Below are positions 24,588-49,481 of a stretch of DNA of 64,000 bases, piece after piece. Within the stretch, counting starts at the first letter, position 1; the number at the start of each line of letters is the position of its first letter. Under the pieces are notes generated by a model. It saw only the letters and a program-made list of their open reading frames with translations, had not been told where the DNA came from and ran no database searches. The DNA is from Neoechinorhynchus agilis. Lineage: Eukaryota > Animalia > Acanthocephala. The stretch is from assembly GCA_051530055.1 (NCBI GenBank), contig CM121342.1, positions 5,021,489 through 5,085,488 on the forward strand, read 5' to 3'. A program made the translations under genes and the position numbers.

Positions 24588-26698
24588 TGTCGATATGTGA
24601 GAGAAAGTACCGGAGAATGTGATTATTGGAATTATTATGGTTAGACGTCTACACCCCCAGTAATACTAACAAACAAACTGATGATAATGATGAACCAGGT
24701 TCGCAGAACGTTTTAAAAATCGAAAAAAGAAATCATTTACCGCGGATATGAAGACTTGTAACCATAATAATTTCTAACGAATTTATAAAAAACCGCCCAA
24801 TTTGATCGAGTCTCGGTGGTTGGATATGGCCGAGTAGCGCTCTCCTGCCAAATAAAAGAATTTTTTCTAATTATTATGATTAGAAGTCTTTACAACCGCG
24901 GAAAAATTTCTTTTCAATTAAAAAGACGTTCTGCACACTTCGTCGGGTAACAAACTGATGATAATGATGAACCAGGTTCGCAGAACGTTTTAAAAATCGA
25001 AAAAGAAATCATTTACCGCGGATATGAAGACTTCTAAGCACAATAATTTCTAACGAATTTATATAAGAAAACCGCCCAATTTGATCGAGTCTCGGTGGTT
25101 GGATATGGCCGAGTAGCGCTCTCCTGCCAAATAAAAGAATTTTTCTAATTATATGATTAGAAGTTTTAAACCGCGGAAAAATTTCTTTTCAATTAAAAAG
25201 ACGTTCTGCACACTTCGTCGGGTAACAAACTGATGATAATGATGAACCAGGTTCGCAGAACGTTTTAAAAATCGAAAAAAGAAATCATTTACCGCGGATA
25301 TGAAGACTTCTAAGCACAATAATTTCTAACGAATTTATATAAGAAAAACCGCCCAATTTGATCGAGTCTCGGTGGTTGGATATGGCCGAGTAGCGCTCTC
25401 CTGCCAAATAAAAGAATTTTTTCTAATTATTATGATTAGAAGTCTTTACAACCGCGGAAAAATTTCTTTTCAATTAAAAAGACGTTCTGCACACTTCGTC
25501 GGGTAACAAACTGATGATAATGATGAACCAGGTTCGCAGAACGTTTTAAAAATCGAAAAAGAAATCATTTACCGCGGATATGAAGACTTGTAAGCACAAT
25601 AATTTCTAACGAATTTATATAAGAAAAACCGCCCAATTTGATCGAGTCTCGGTGGTTGGATATGGCCGAGTAGCGCTCTCCTGCCAAATAAAAGAATTTT
25701 TTCTAATTATTATGATTAGAAGTCTTTACAACCGCGGAAAATTTCTTTTCAATTAAAAAGACGTTCTGCACACTTCGTCGGGTAACAAACTGATGATAAT
25801 GATGAACCAGGTTCGCAGAACGTTTTAAAAATCGAAAAAGAAATCATTTACCGCGGATATGAAGACTTGTAAGCACAATAATTTCTAACGAATTTATATA
25901 AGAAAAACCGCCCAATTTGATCGAGTCTCGGTGGTTGGATATGGCCGAGTAGCGCTCTCCTGCCAAATAAAAGAATTTTTTCTAATTATTATGATTAGAA
26001 GTCTTTACAACCGCGGAAAATCTTTTCAATTAAAAAGACGTTCTGCACACTTCGTCGGGTAACAAACTGATGATAATGATGAACCAGGTTCGCAGAACGT
26101 TTTAAAATCGAAAAAGAAATCATTTACCGCGGATATGAAGACTTTAAGCACAATAATTTCTAACGAATTTATATAAAAACCGCCCAATTTGATCGAGTCT
26201 CGGTGGTTGGATATGGCCGAGTAGCGCCTCTGCCAAATAAAAGAATTTTTTCTAATTATTATGATTAGAAGTTTTACACCGCGGAAAAATTTCTTTTCAA
26301 TTAAAAGACGTTCTGCACACTTCGTCGGGTAACAAACTGATGATAATGATGAACCAGGTTCGCAGAACGTTTTAAAAATCGAAAAAGAAATCATTTACCG
26401 CGGATATGAAGACTTTAACAAATATTTCTAACGAATTTATATAAAAACCGCCCAATTTGATCGAGTCTCGGTGGTTGGATATGGCCGAGTAGCGTTGCCA
26501 AATAAAAGAATTTTTCTAATTATTATGATTAGAGTCTTAACCGCGGAAAAATTTCTTTTCAATTAAAAAGACGTTCTGCACACTTCGTCGGGTAACAAAC
26601 TGATGATAATGATGAACCAGGTTCGCAGAACGTTTTAAAAATCGAAAAAAGAAATCATTTACCGCGGATATGAAGACTTGTAAGCACAATAATTCCTC
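24588..26698 (-). repeat. Second tandem array (about 7 x 281 bp) of the same foldback unit, opposite orientation
   Basis: Reverse complement of the 9.1-10.8 kb unit, with CAAACTGATG at 24674, 24951, 25226, 25507, 25787, 26064, 26333 and 26596. Flanked by the direct repeat TAGCTGAAAA (24578-24587 and 26699-26708). Confidence 0.9.
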
Positions 26699-27617
26699 TA
26701 GCTGAAAACTACTACAAAAAAACAAATTGTCAAATGAATAATCGCAGCATTGAGAAGCATTGCGTCGTATGTACAGCCATTGCCGATTGGTTTGCAAACT
26801 TATTAAGGATGAGTGTGCTAAGCACCCAATCAAATGAAGGACAACAAGCTTTAATTTGTACAACAAAGAAAACATCGATGTATTCCCAATTTTTGTGTCG
26901 TGATTCGAGCCAAAATCGCACAAAATACTCTATTTTTTCTTATCCAATTGTTCCTTCGAGTCTATCTGTATTCTCAATGGCGAATCGTAACACAATCGAG
27001 CTTTACTATTGAACTCTTCATTGCGAATTCTCAAGGCCTCATCCTCCTCCTCAAGCATTGCTTTAAGTTCTTAAATATGAGAGCTCATTTAATGCAAGCA
27101 TTTTATTAAAACGTCGATTAAAAAGTTTTACGAGGATTAGTTTGATGCTATTAAATACAGTTTGCTTCCAATTGCGTTTAAAGCGGGTAAGAATACCGCA
27201 ATTCGTTGATATAAAGAAGCTACGGCACGAAGCGACCACTATTTTCTTAGAAGCACCGAGACCCAAGTAACAAATCTTGCATGGTAAGTCCTGCAAAATG
27301 AGAATAGAGAAATAAGCAGTAAATTATTTTGACTGTAAATGGAGCCATGAAACGGCTGGTCACGCCTGCATAAAAATGATTTGCTTAATTATCGAGAGAT
27401 ATTGTTCTGTTGTGTGTCACAATTCCGGTTTCTATTTCTTTTAAAAGGCATGTTCTTTACATCGCTTTTATGAAATGGATTTAAGATGTGTCGGAATAAT
27501 TTCATAATTGGTTCTTTCAAAGTAGGCTTTATGCACTATGGTAGACATACAACATTATTCTTATCTTTCTTTCAAAAGTTTCGAACCTCAAAACTTCCTT
27601 TAGCTAAATTCGTTTTA

Positions 27618-28587
27618 ATTAATTTCATTTTCACTCTTCCTTCTTCTCTAATTTCAGGTCTCAAAAACACATTCAAAATAATATGATTAAAATGAGTGAT
27701 TTAGATGAGTGAATGGATCTTTTCAAAGCCATAAATACAAGGAACGGGAAAAAGTTAAAAAAAGCGGATAAATAATGTAAAAAAGTTAAAAGGAAACCTT
27801 TATGAAAGCATCAGCAGGATGGGTTAGAGATCACTTAAATGAACACGTTGTGAGAAGACATCGATATTCTCCATTGGAATCACTTTTATAAGTAGATTTC
27901 CACACAACATTGTTCATATATGTCGAACATTGCGATAAAATACAAAAACCAAAAAAGTAACTTCAAAAGCCGAATTTCGAAACAAAAGGAAATGAAGAAA
28001 AATGGATTTACGGCCTAGAGGAGAGTCTCCATTGGCGAAAATTTGTTTCAATTAATTTCATTTTCACTCTTCCTTCTTCTCTAATTTCAGGTCTCAAAAA
28101 CACATTCAAAATAATACGATTAAAACGAATGATTTAGATGAGTGAATGGATCTTTTCAAAGCCATAAATACAAGGAACGGGAAAAAGTTAAAAAAAGCGG
28201 ATAAATAATGTAAAAAAGTTAAAAGGAAACCTTTATGAAAGCATCAGCAGGATGGGTTAGAGATCACTTAAATGAACACGTTGTGAGAAGACATCGATAT
28301 TCTCCATTGGAATCACTTTTATAAGTAGATTTCCACACAACATTGTTCATATATGTCGAACATTGCGATAAAATACAAAAACCAAAAAAGTAACTTCAAA
28401 AGCCGAATTTCGAAACAAAAGGAAATGAAGAAAAATGGATTTACGGCCTAGAGGAGAGTCTCCATTGGCGAAAATTTGTTTCAATTAATTTCATTTTCAC
28501 TCTTCCTTCTTCTCTAATTTCAGGTCTCAAAAAAACATTCAAAATAATACGATTAAAACGAATGATTTAGATGAGTGAATGGATCTT
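27618..28587. repeat. About 433-bp tandem duplication (about 2.2 copies)
   Basis: AATTAATTTCATTTTCACTCTTCC recurs at about 27618, 28051 and 28485, with near-identical sequence between. Confidence 0.9.
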
Positions 28588-28823
28588 AAATTTAAAAAAG
28601 CGGATTAATAATGTAAAAAAAGTTAAAATTGAAGAAGCCTCTTCGGTTACTTAAAAAGTACATGATTTCTATTGGTTGTTAATTAACAAATAAGCGTGTT
28701 ATTATTATGCTTCAATCAGATCAAGTAGACGTCCACATTATATTTTTGCTTTCTGAGTGTGCGATTAAATTGAAATGCCATTATTCTAGTTAAAACATTT
28801 AAAGACCAAACATATTTATTAAA

Positions 28824-41000
<12,177 letters not shown>

Positions 41001-41526
41001 AAAGAGAACCTTTTTTCGGATTGCTTAAATAGCAAAATTGATAATAAAGCCTCAATTATAAAGAAAATCCCTTTAAAGGACACATCTGAATGCATGATGA
41101 AAGTAGATGCAAGTGGTTTCCTTAATCGTAGAAAAAGAAATACTTTTATTTCATAGTCTCTAAGGCGATGAGGACTCGTAAAGCTTAAAAGTGCTCACAT
41201 CTAAAAAAATAGTGTCCGAGGCATAAGAATTTCTTTACTCAGAAACCGTTTCGACTTCAACGTACTGATCACACTACGTTCAATCTAAAAAAAGTAAAAT
41301 AATTGCGCCTACCGACAGCATTTGTTCGACAAGTTTTTTGATCGCATCGGAGGATTCAAGATTATCCACTTCCATTGCGTTCCTCTTTGTTCAAAAATGT
41401 TACTTTCTTGAAATCAGTTAGTTGAGAGCGGTATTTGACTCACAAAAAGCTAAGGTATTTACTCATCAACACGAGAAACCTTTTGAGAGCTCAAAAACGA
41501 GGTTCTTTTTACGAAACAAAGATTTA

Positions 41527-42770
41527 TTATATTTTCTGTAAGAGTACAGCACTGGCACCACCTCCCCCATTACAAACTGAGCACAGTCCGTAGGATCCTT
41601 GATCTTTGAGTTTATGAGCCATATGAGTGACTATTCTTGCTCCAGACATTCCAAGCGGATGACCAATCGCAACGGCTCCTCCATCAACGTTCACTTTAGC
41701 AGAATCCAGACCAAGAGCGCGGATATTCATCAAGACAACAGCACTGAAAGCTTCATTTATCTCCCATAAATCAATGTCGCTGACAAGAAGACCAGGTACC
41801 TTATCCAACATTTTCTGTGTTGCCAGTGCTGGAGCAAGTGGAAACCGAGTCGGATGTGTGGCTGCATCTGCATAGGCGACGATACGAACCAAGGGTTTAA
41901 ACATGATCGCTTCAGCATAAGACCGTTTACATAGTAATAAAGCAGAAGCTCCGTCGGCCAACGAACTTGCATTGGCAGCCGTTATGGAACTTCCTCCGTC
42001 CTCTCCAAAAGCAAGTCGTAGAAGGGGAATTTTTTCCGGGAAAAACTTCTTAATTTCTTCGTCTTCGCTTAATTCCACATTTGGGTGCGGAGTGCAGATT
42101 TCATCGGTAAAAGCGCCAGTTTCCCTCCATCCTCGAATTGCACGTCGATAACTCTCAATAGCGAAAGAGTCCTGATCGGCCCTTGAAATACCCATTTCTT
42201 TAGCCAAATTATCTGTAATGAGACCCATGGATTGTTTCGTGGTAGCGTCAGTCAATCCGTCAAGGAAGAGTCCACTCTGTTCACCGTTGTACTTGGGGAC
42301 CTGACTCATACTTTCAGCTCCAACCACTACCACGCATCCATGAGCATTATTGAGTTGTAGATCATTATATGCCATTCCGAGGGCTTTCATTCCGGATGCG
42401 CAAACCTTGTTGACCGTACATGTGACAACCTCTGATCCGAGGCATGCATTAAGGGCTACTTGTTTATCTGGAGCTTGTCCACATCCTGCTGGAAGCGACA
42501 TTCCCAAATATAAGGTACTTATATTAATGCCATGACTCTCACCGTCAGCGTACAGCTTCTCCAGCATTGACCTTAAGGGAGTGTAGATAATCTTTAGAAC
42601 CCAAAGGATTCTCAAAACTCCCATACCGCCCAGGTCCCGAGTTCAACCGCGGTCAAATGTTTCAGTGATCCGTTGTATCGGCCAATCGGTGTACGACAAG
42701 CAGCCAAAATGACAATATCATCGCTTTCTAACGTACTCTGTTCATTGACACATAGATCTTTGTCGCTCAT
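41527..42770 (-). CDS. ACAT1: Acetyl-CoA acetyltransferase (T2/ACAT1-type thiolase), 2 exons
   Basis: RTPIG, VNKVCASG (catalytic Cys), EINEAF, GHPLGMSGARI and C-terminal CNGGGG, typical of T2 thiolases. The start is taken at MSDKDL (42770) and is uncertain. Confidence 0.85.
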
Positions 42771-43102
42771 GGGATCCTCAGAACGCAATATATCTACAAA
42801 CAATTCAAAATACTCTTCGCGGCTGATAATTCGTTTGCTGGAACCACCAGACGGACTGAACATCAGTTCGTGTCGGTTTGACTGTTCCAACCAAATCAAT
42901 GAAGACAGCCGCTAATGGGTAAACTAACACTACGCTCAACATACGAACGAATATATGTGAGTGACGAGAAAAACAAATGTGGATTCCGGGTTGTGACAAG
43001 ATATTGCGATCGTGGGCGCTACAATGCAGGGACAACAACAGAAAAAGAATATGTGATCGATCGTCGTTCACATTCGAGCAAACTTATTAGTATTTTCCGA
43101 AA

Positions 43103-43328
43103 GGACTATAAAGAAAATAAGCGAACAGTCTCAGGACGACACCGATAAAGTCCGTTTGTTCGCCAAGACTAATCGACATTTTGGAATGTGGAGATTTGGT
43201 TAATTTAGGACTATAAAGAAAATAAGCGAACAGTCTCAGGACGACACCGATAAAGTCCGTTTGTTCGCCAAGACTAATCGACATTTTGGAATGTGGAGAT
43301 TTGGTTAATTTAGGACTATAAAGAAAAC
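43103..43328. repeat. 105-bp tandem repeat (about 2.2 copies)
   Basis: GGACTATAAAGAAAA at 43103, 43208 and 43313, with identical sequence between. Confidence 0.9.
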
Positions 43329-44146
43329 TGCTTTTTCCAGGAGAGAGGACATTGCAAATGCTGTGAACAAGAGAGCGAAAGTTACTTTAGCGCCGCTTTT
43401 CTCACGGAGTTCAATGTTCGAGCAGATGCGTAACGAGATCGATGAATGTTCCATGAAATGAGTGACAAGTTCGCTGCTCAGAAAAAACTTCGCACCGCGA
43501 TTGTTGCGCCGTTGATTTCACTACGACTTACCGGAAACGATCTCATAATTCAAATTAAGATATTCCGTGTGCGCTCAGAAATGCCACGAGTGATTGATTT
43601 CGATGAAATAATATTGACAAATCGCGTCTAGTCACGTAGAATTGTGTAGTTGCACCCAGAGAAGTAATGAGTTGTGAACTTATTAACACAGATAGAACAA
43701 AAGACTAAAAAAGTGAGATTTTTTCACTGATTGAATAGATTGAGTATAAGATTAAATTTGAATAAAAGTGTTTTGATTGTGGATGAGGGGCGTGGACAAT
43801 GGCACAGAGGAATGACATCTAAACGGTTCAGGCGCGAGATTAATCCTTGTTCAAAGTTTAGATCTTGAAAATGGATCTGTTAATATCATGGGAATTTAAA
43901 ACTTTTCAGTGCTTGATCCTCAAAATGACACCTTACTTTGTGCTGGGAAAAGTCAATTGATTATTCGAAGTCAAGAAACCCGTTCCGTTTGCTATAAAAT
44001 TAACGACTTTGTTTCAATATTAGCTTTCCATTCTATGAACAATTCGGTTAAACCCAAGATCGATTGATTAGTGCATTTGTTTTGTTCTCACGCGTATTTG
44101 GATCGATTCAAATCACCGAACTCACCAAATTCTTTTTTTAAAACCA

Positions 44147-44735
44147 TTAACGCATTCTTCTCAACAAATCAACGAAAATGTTTATATCATTGATTTTTGA
44201 GACAAAAACCTTAGAACGGCGACCTGGACCTAATATAAAAAGACGTTTTTTGATGGTGCACATAAACTTCTCAACGAACCTTGATTTGCGAACAAATTGA
44301 TCTTCTGATTTAGGTCTATGCCAACTTTCATCTCGACGACGTCCATTAGGGTTTGTAGAGTTCAATAATCGTTTTCTGAACTTCTTTTTTTTCCTGCCAA
44401 ACTCGTCGTATTCATCGTCAGACTCGGTACGTTCAATGTATTCTAAGGTAGTAAGATTCGAGCGGTGAAGTTGACTACACCGAGTTCCAATCTTGCTACA
44501 AGACGCAGTCACGATCATTGTATCCACCAGCAGCGCCCGTTCTTGCCTCGAAATGACGGTGCCGAACTAGATTGCAGAGGTTACAATGAGTCCGGCGAGC
44601 CCAATTAACGTTTCCACATCCGCCACAAACCCAATCATCGGCTGAAAAAAGCCGATTCGGCCTAGGAGAGGATTTACGGTTTCGCCTCTGGTCCGGAGCA
44701 AGACTACGGTCCTTGTTTTGCCGCATTTGTCACAC
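44147..44735 (-). CDS. ZRANB2: RanBP2-type zinc-finger splicing regulator; 5' exons not resolved
   Basis: LFSADDWVCGGCGNVNWARRTHCNLC...RTGAAGGYNDRD and EYIERTESDDEYDEFGRKKKKFR match ZRANB2. The CDKCGK end of finger 1 lies in another frame. Confidence 0.85.
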
Positions 44736-45484
44736 TGAAAGCCTAAGAATATGCCAGTTTCTGTCTACATCTAAGATTCATGTTGGCTCTGAGAAGACGA
44801 AAGTCTAAGATCTCAAATTAATAATTCTTCATCTCAGTCCATTCAATGACATCTGATGAGGGGCTCAAAAAAAACTGTCAGTATCGTGTTGATTCATTTT
44901 CGTTGTATTGGCAATCCATTTTCACGCTTTTGATCCTCGAAATGAAATACGATCTTTTTTCGTCCGAGCTAAAATAGGAAATCTCAGAATTCCTTTTTTT
45001 TAAGTGTACGATAAGGCACGTCCCCGGGAATTTAAATTCACTAATTTCATCTCTCGCGGATAATTCCTACATTTCCTCAGGGTTTGTCTTTTGGGAACAT
45101 CAAGAGGTCCGGGAAAGTCTTTCCGTCGAACGGATACTGTTATTAAAAAAAACATATTAAACCGAATGAAACGGAATTAGTTGGAGACGACTGAACCATC
45201 GGATCATAACGTAGCTCAAAGGAAACTAAAACGATGTTAAAAATCGAAAGATTCAAATGACTAAGATGTCTAAAGTCATGGTTTCTCATTAGTACTCACA
45301 TAACAATCGTTCGTACTTGCATCTTTCATTCTAAAATAGAACACTCTGGGAAAGGAGAAGAACAAAGACGAAAAAAGTTCAAAGAAATGTTGTTGTAGAC
45401 GTTCAACAAAGGGCCAATGAGCGAACATATGAAGACTATTTTAAAATTATGGGTTTGTAAAAGTACTTGTTACACTTTATGCAT

Positions 45485-45781
45485 TCACTTCTGCTGCTGA
45501 TCATTTCCATTCATTCTTTTTCTGTAATGAGAAATTTGGTCACGGATTGTAATGAGGAAGTAAATGTGCTCATTGATTTCACTTTCGAGCTCAAGAGCGT
45601 AACTGTCGCCTAGATTATCGGCATCTCCAAGCATAACCTTGATTGATGTTTCGAACAAGTTTTGTCTGCTTATCAAATATTGGTGATACTCTTTGAGTCG
45701 TTCCAAATCATTGCATTTATTTTCCGAATCGGAATAGTACTTTCCGTCGAAGACGTTTGTGTCAATCGAATCTCCGTTCAT
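45485..45781 (-). CDS. Uncharacterised 98-aa charged/helical ORF
   Basis: ATG-initiated ORF with protein-like composition. No motif recognised. Confidence 0.35.
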   Translation of the reverse strand: MNGDSIDTNVFDGKYYSDSENKCNDLERLKEYHQYLISRQNLFETSIKVMLGDADNLGDSYALELESEINEHIYFLITIRDQISHYRKRMNGNDQQQK

Positions 45782-45952
45782 TTCATCGTTGACCAGCGTA
45801 GTCTCATTGCATCACAGGTCATCATCAAGCGGAGTAGCTTGAACCCAAAACCAAGAAACGTCGAGTACAAACACTCAAAACAATTCCTGGAAAGCGAAAT
45901 GACGAATTTAAATTAAAAAACCTTTTCACGCGATCAGAGCATGTAATTAGAG

Positions 45953-46101
45953 AATTATTGTTGTTTAGAAGTCGCGGTAAATAATTTTCTTTGATTAAAG
46001 ACTAGACGTTAGCGTCCATTACTAAAAACAAACTGATGATGATGAACCGACACGAGATGTCTTATTTACCGTGTGATGAAGACTTGTAAACAACAATAAT
46101 T
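45953..46101. mobile_element. Solo foldback MITE of the 281-bp family
   Basis: AATTATTGTTGTTTAGAAGTC...GCGGTAAATAA versus TTATTTACCG...GACTTGTAAACAACAATAATT, with internal CAAACTGATGATGATGAACC. Confidence 0.8.
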
Positions 46102-46164
46102 TCCATCTGCCTCTAATGGTACTTTCACCTTCTTTTTTTAAGGAAAAAATCCAAGAACTCACGG

Positions 46165-46625
46165 CCTTGACTGCAAGCGTTCAACTGCTCGCCACGCACG
46201 GCACTCAAAGGAAGCCCTCTCAACGGCCGGTTTTCCAGCTCGACTCGAACCAGTCGGACTCTCCCGGAACGACGGTAAACGCCCTGATGGAGCCCTTCCA
46301 TGGTGCTCCGGGAAAATACTGGTTTGGGATTTTACTTTGCCCCAACACGCTCGCAGCATCCCACTTACGGGATGCCACCTCAAAGGCGGGAGCAGTCGCC
46401 AGCTTCAGCGAGGAAAAGAAGCGGCAGTACTCGCTCGCTGGACATCAATATATTTTCATCCCGATTGCGGTGGAAACACTGGGATGTCTCGGAAAAGAAG
46501 CCGATTATTTCCTCTCACGACTGGGAAAGATGCTAAAACATGCCACCGGCGATATGCGATCCAGCAGCTTCCTGATGCAGCGAATCAGCGCTTCGATTCA
46601 ACGCGGCCATCAAGGAAGCTGCCGA
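46165..46625 (+). mobile_element. 3' fragment of a non-LTR retrotransposon with a restriction-like endonuclease (CRE/NeSL/R2-type architecture), frameshifted
   Basis: RLEPVGLSRNDGKRPDGALPWCSGKILVWDFT in one frame, then NTLAASHL...EEKKRQYS...FIPIAVETLG...LMQRISASIQRG in the next. These match RLE-domain motifs. Confidence 0.75.
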
Positions 46626-46712
46626 ACAAACATAACATTTGAAGACAACAAATTGAAGAAATTGTGTGATAATCTTGTTACTTTTTAAGGCAAATCCTAC
46701 AAAGAACAAGTT

Positions 46713-49424
46713 TCACCGCCTAGAAATGATAAAGACCGCATGATTGTCAATATGCTCTTCACTCTTCGGTCCACTCTTCATTGTTGACCTTCTCGATGTC
46801 TTACACACGTCTCGCTTTTTCACAAGATTGGTCGAACTCCTTGCATGTGGCGCCTTCTTCGTTGCGCCAGCTCGTTCAAATAAGTCATTGGCACTACGAG
46901 TTAAATCGTTGAACACCAACGTACGCCTCGAAGCCCTTTCCTTCGTGGGCGGTATAGACAGTTTCGGTTTCTTAAACGAGCTTTTCTTACACAACTTTGT
47001 TGAATTGCAGCTTTTATCGTCCACAACTACGTCCAGATCATCGTAGTTGTCCGCATTTAACTCCTTCACACGATCGGCATATCTCAAAGTATTGATCGTA
47101 TGTTCAGAATTGATATTGGTAGGAGAAATCATGGCGATCATTGAGACAACCGAGTTGTTGCCAATGAACGAGTCCCTTAGAACACGAGTCAGCATTGAAC
47201 CTCTGAAAGGTACGTGTTCGGCTTTCTTCCCTAAGGCTCTTATGCATTCCTTTAGGGCAAGAAGGGACTTATTGATTTCGGCTCCCTCGAATAAACACGT
47301 TTTATCGGACGAACTGGTGTCTTTACCTCGCTCGCTGCCGGCCAAATCAACCAAAGATATTTTTCCGTAATCACATCCAGTATCATTAGACTTCAAAACA
47401 ATCTGCAGGATCGCATGGGACCGAGATGAATTGTCATTAGCAGAACTGATTCCTGATGTTCGGACGGACATTCCATCCGCGATTACTTTCATAATGTCCG
47501 CATGATTTGTAACATGTTCTTGAATGATATCCACTACCTGTACAACGCTATTTCCATCTTCAAGAACCTTTAATCGTTTCCGACCATTCAATAAATCGAA
47601 CACTTTTCCACAGTAGATTTCGAAAAAGCTACAAAACACACTGAATCGTCCTCTATAGTGAACACTTGAATTGTAAGCCATTATTTCTTTGGCAGTGGAC
47701 GAATATATACCAGCACTGGTATCCTCACTGTGTACAAAGTCATCACCCATTGTATAGGTTTTGCCACTTCCAGTCTGACCGTAAGCAAAACACATAGCAT
47801 GCGATCGATCTTCAAACATTGCAGTGACAAGAGGTTTTGTCGTAAAGTGGTAAACGACCGAAGTAGAAGTGGTCTCGTCAAAAGCATAATCGAATCGGAA
47901 CTTCTGGTTGTCCAAATATTTGGTCAAATCAACTTTCTCTTTTGGATTGTGCACAATGCAGAGCTGATTACGTGAAATTGTCACAATATCGATCTCCTTA
48001 CGAGAAACTTCTCGGTCACTCATGGGACGCTTACGGACGCTGACCGTAATGCGACCACATGATTGTACAATGTCCTCAACGGTAAGACGCTTCGTAGTCT
48101 TACTCACAACGCCCTGACGATAATCGTCTAATCCAGTTGATCTCAAACCTTCTTACACATTTGAAGCTTTGGGTTCCATTTGAACCCACCTTTTTCCGTC
48201 ATGTGCCGCATAAACAAACCGAAAAGCTACATCTTAAAATTCGTCCCACAAAAATAAATGTTCAACCCCAATGTCTTAACTGACTTATCTTTTTTTTGAA
48301 CAGTATTCAGGGTTACTGGCACTAACGACATGAATTAATTCCGTAAACTTTGGATTTTTATTAGAACGGAAACAGAAGGTAAATGCGAATTAACGGGTAT
48401 TAGAAAATGAAGCTGCTACCTTAATTCACCGAGACTTAAGCCAAACTGGACACAATTGAAGTAATCTTCATACGTAATGTCCGTTTTTCTTTGTTCAATC
48501 TTAACGAAACCAAGAGTCTTGAATGATATGGAAAAATTGAACTCTTTTGAGGCATAATGTCCGGTTTAGATTAAAAGAAGAAGCACGCCGATGAGATTTA
48601 CTCGAGGAAACAAATTCATTGGAGAAAATTAGCACCATCAGAGTCGAGTTTTTCTCTCGTTCGAACAAGAGTTCCTAGTGGAATTTCAAAGGGTTTTCTA
48701 AAAAAAGGGAGAGCGATGAGGTCTAATCGGCCCCTTACTCCTAATTAGTTGAGATCAACCGACGTATCATTTTAGCGAAATCAAGCGACGCCATATTAAT
48801 TGCGGTTGATTGTTTTTCGTCGAATGCGTTTCCGAAAACGGCAGCACTGAATCTTTGTTGTTCATACTTTCGATTCTGTTGATTCTTAGCCTGTTGAGCC
48901 CTTCGCTCGAACCGTTTGCGAGCGATTCTCTCAACCTCCTTAACACATTGACTCTTTCTCGCGATTCCGGCATCCTTGGGTCTAATCGGCGACCCGGTTG
49001 ACTTGTGGCCTTTAGATTCCTCGTCCGAATCGTAATTTTCAGCCTTTTGATAACTGATAGACGTCGTCGATCTCGTCGAATACCGGTCATCGCTATTATC
49101 GCGGTTATATTCGACAGGTTTTTTTGATTCGACGGCCATGGATAATCGGTTTTTTTCCACGTTGCCTTGGTTAATGGTGGCGATTAGCTTTTGTTTAGAA
49201 TGATATGAAGTCAGCATACGGCTTTTTAAGGTTGGATTGAGACGGACGATACTGTCCAGTTCGATCTCTTTTCCTTTGGTCTCATTACGTTCTCTCCATT
49301 CCACAGATACAACAAAGCGCGATTGGTCGATATCGGTTATAGTGGCAGCGTGAATGCGTCCATCTGACCGTTGTATCATTATTTCTAATCCTTTGGAAAG
49401 TGCATCGAAGGTGCCAGTGTTCAT
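46713..49424 (-). CDS. KIF2: Kinesin-13 (KIF2A/KIF2C-like), 2 exons with a 636-nt intron (48128-48763)
   Basis: N-terminal IQRSDGRIH...VEW...TKGKEI, neck FAKMI-HDYR, and motor motifs VSVRKRP, YLDNQKFRFDYAFDE, GQTGSGKT, NSSRSH and DLAGSERG. Confidence 0.92.
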
Positions 49425-49481
49425 GTTCTCTGCAACACAACATTACAAAACGGGACTTATCAAATTTCGTCAACACAAGAA

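Noticed and set aside
24674-26640. TGATGA motifs in the 281-bp unit as C/D-box snoRNAs
   Set aside because: They sit in a low-complexity (TGA)n tract of a dispersed palindromic repeat, and no proper box C/D terminal stem arrangement was evident.
44714-44722. Frame change between ZRANB2 finger 1 (CDKCGK) and finger 2
   Set aside because: One extra base in the 4-nt homopolymer restores the frame, so an assembly indel is the simplest explanation. It is also a caution for the one-base-offset intron cases.
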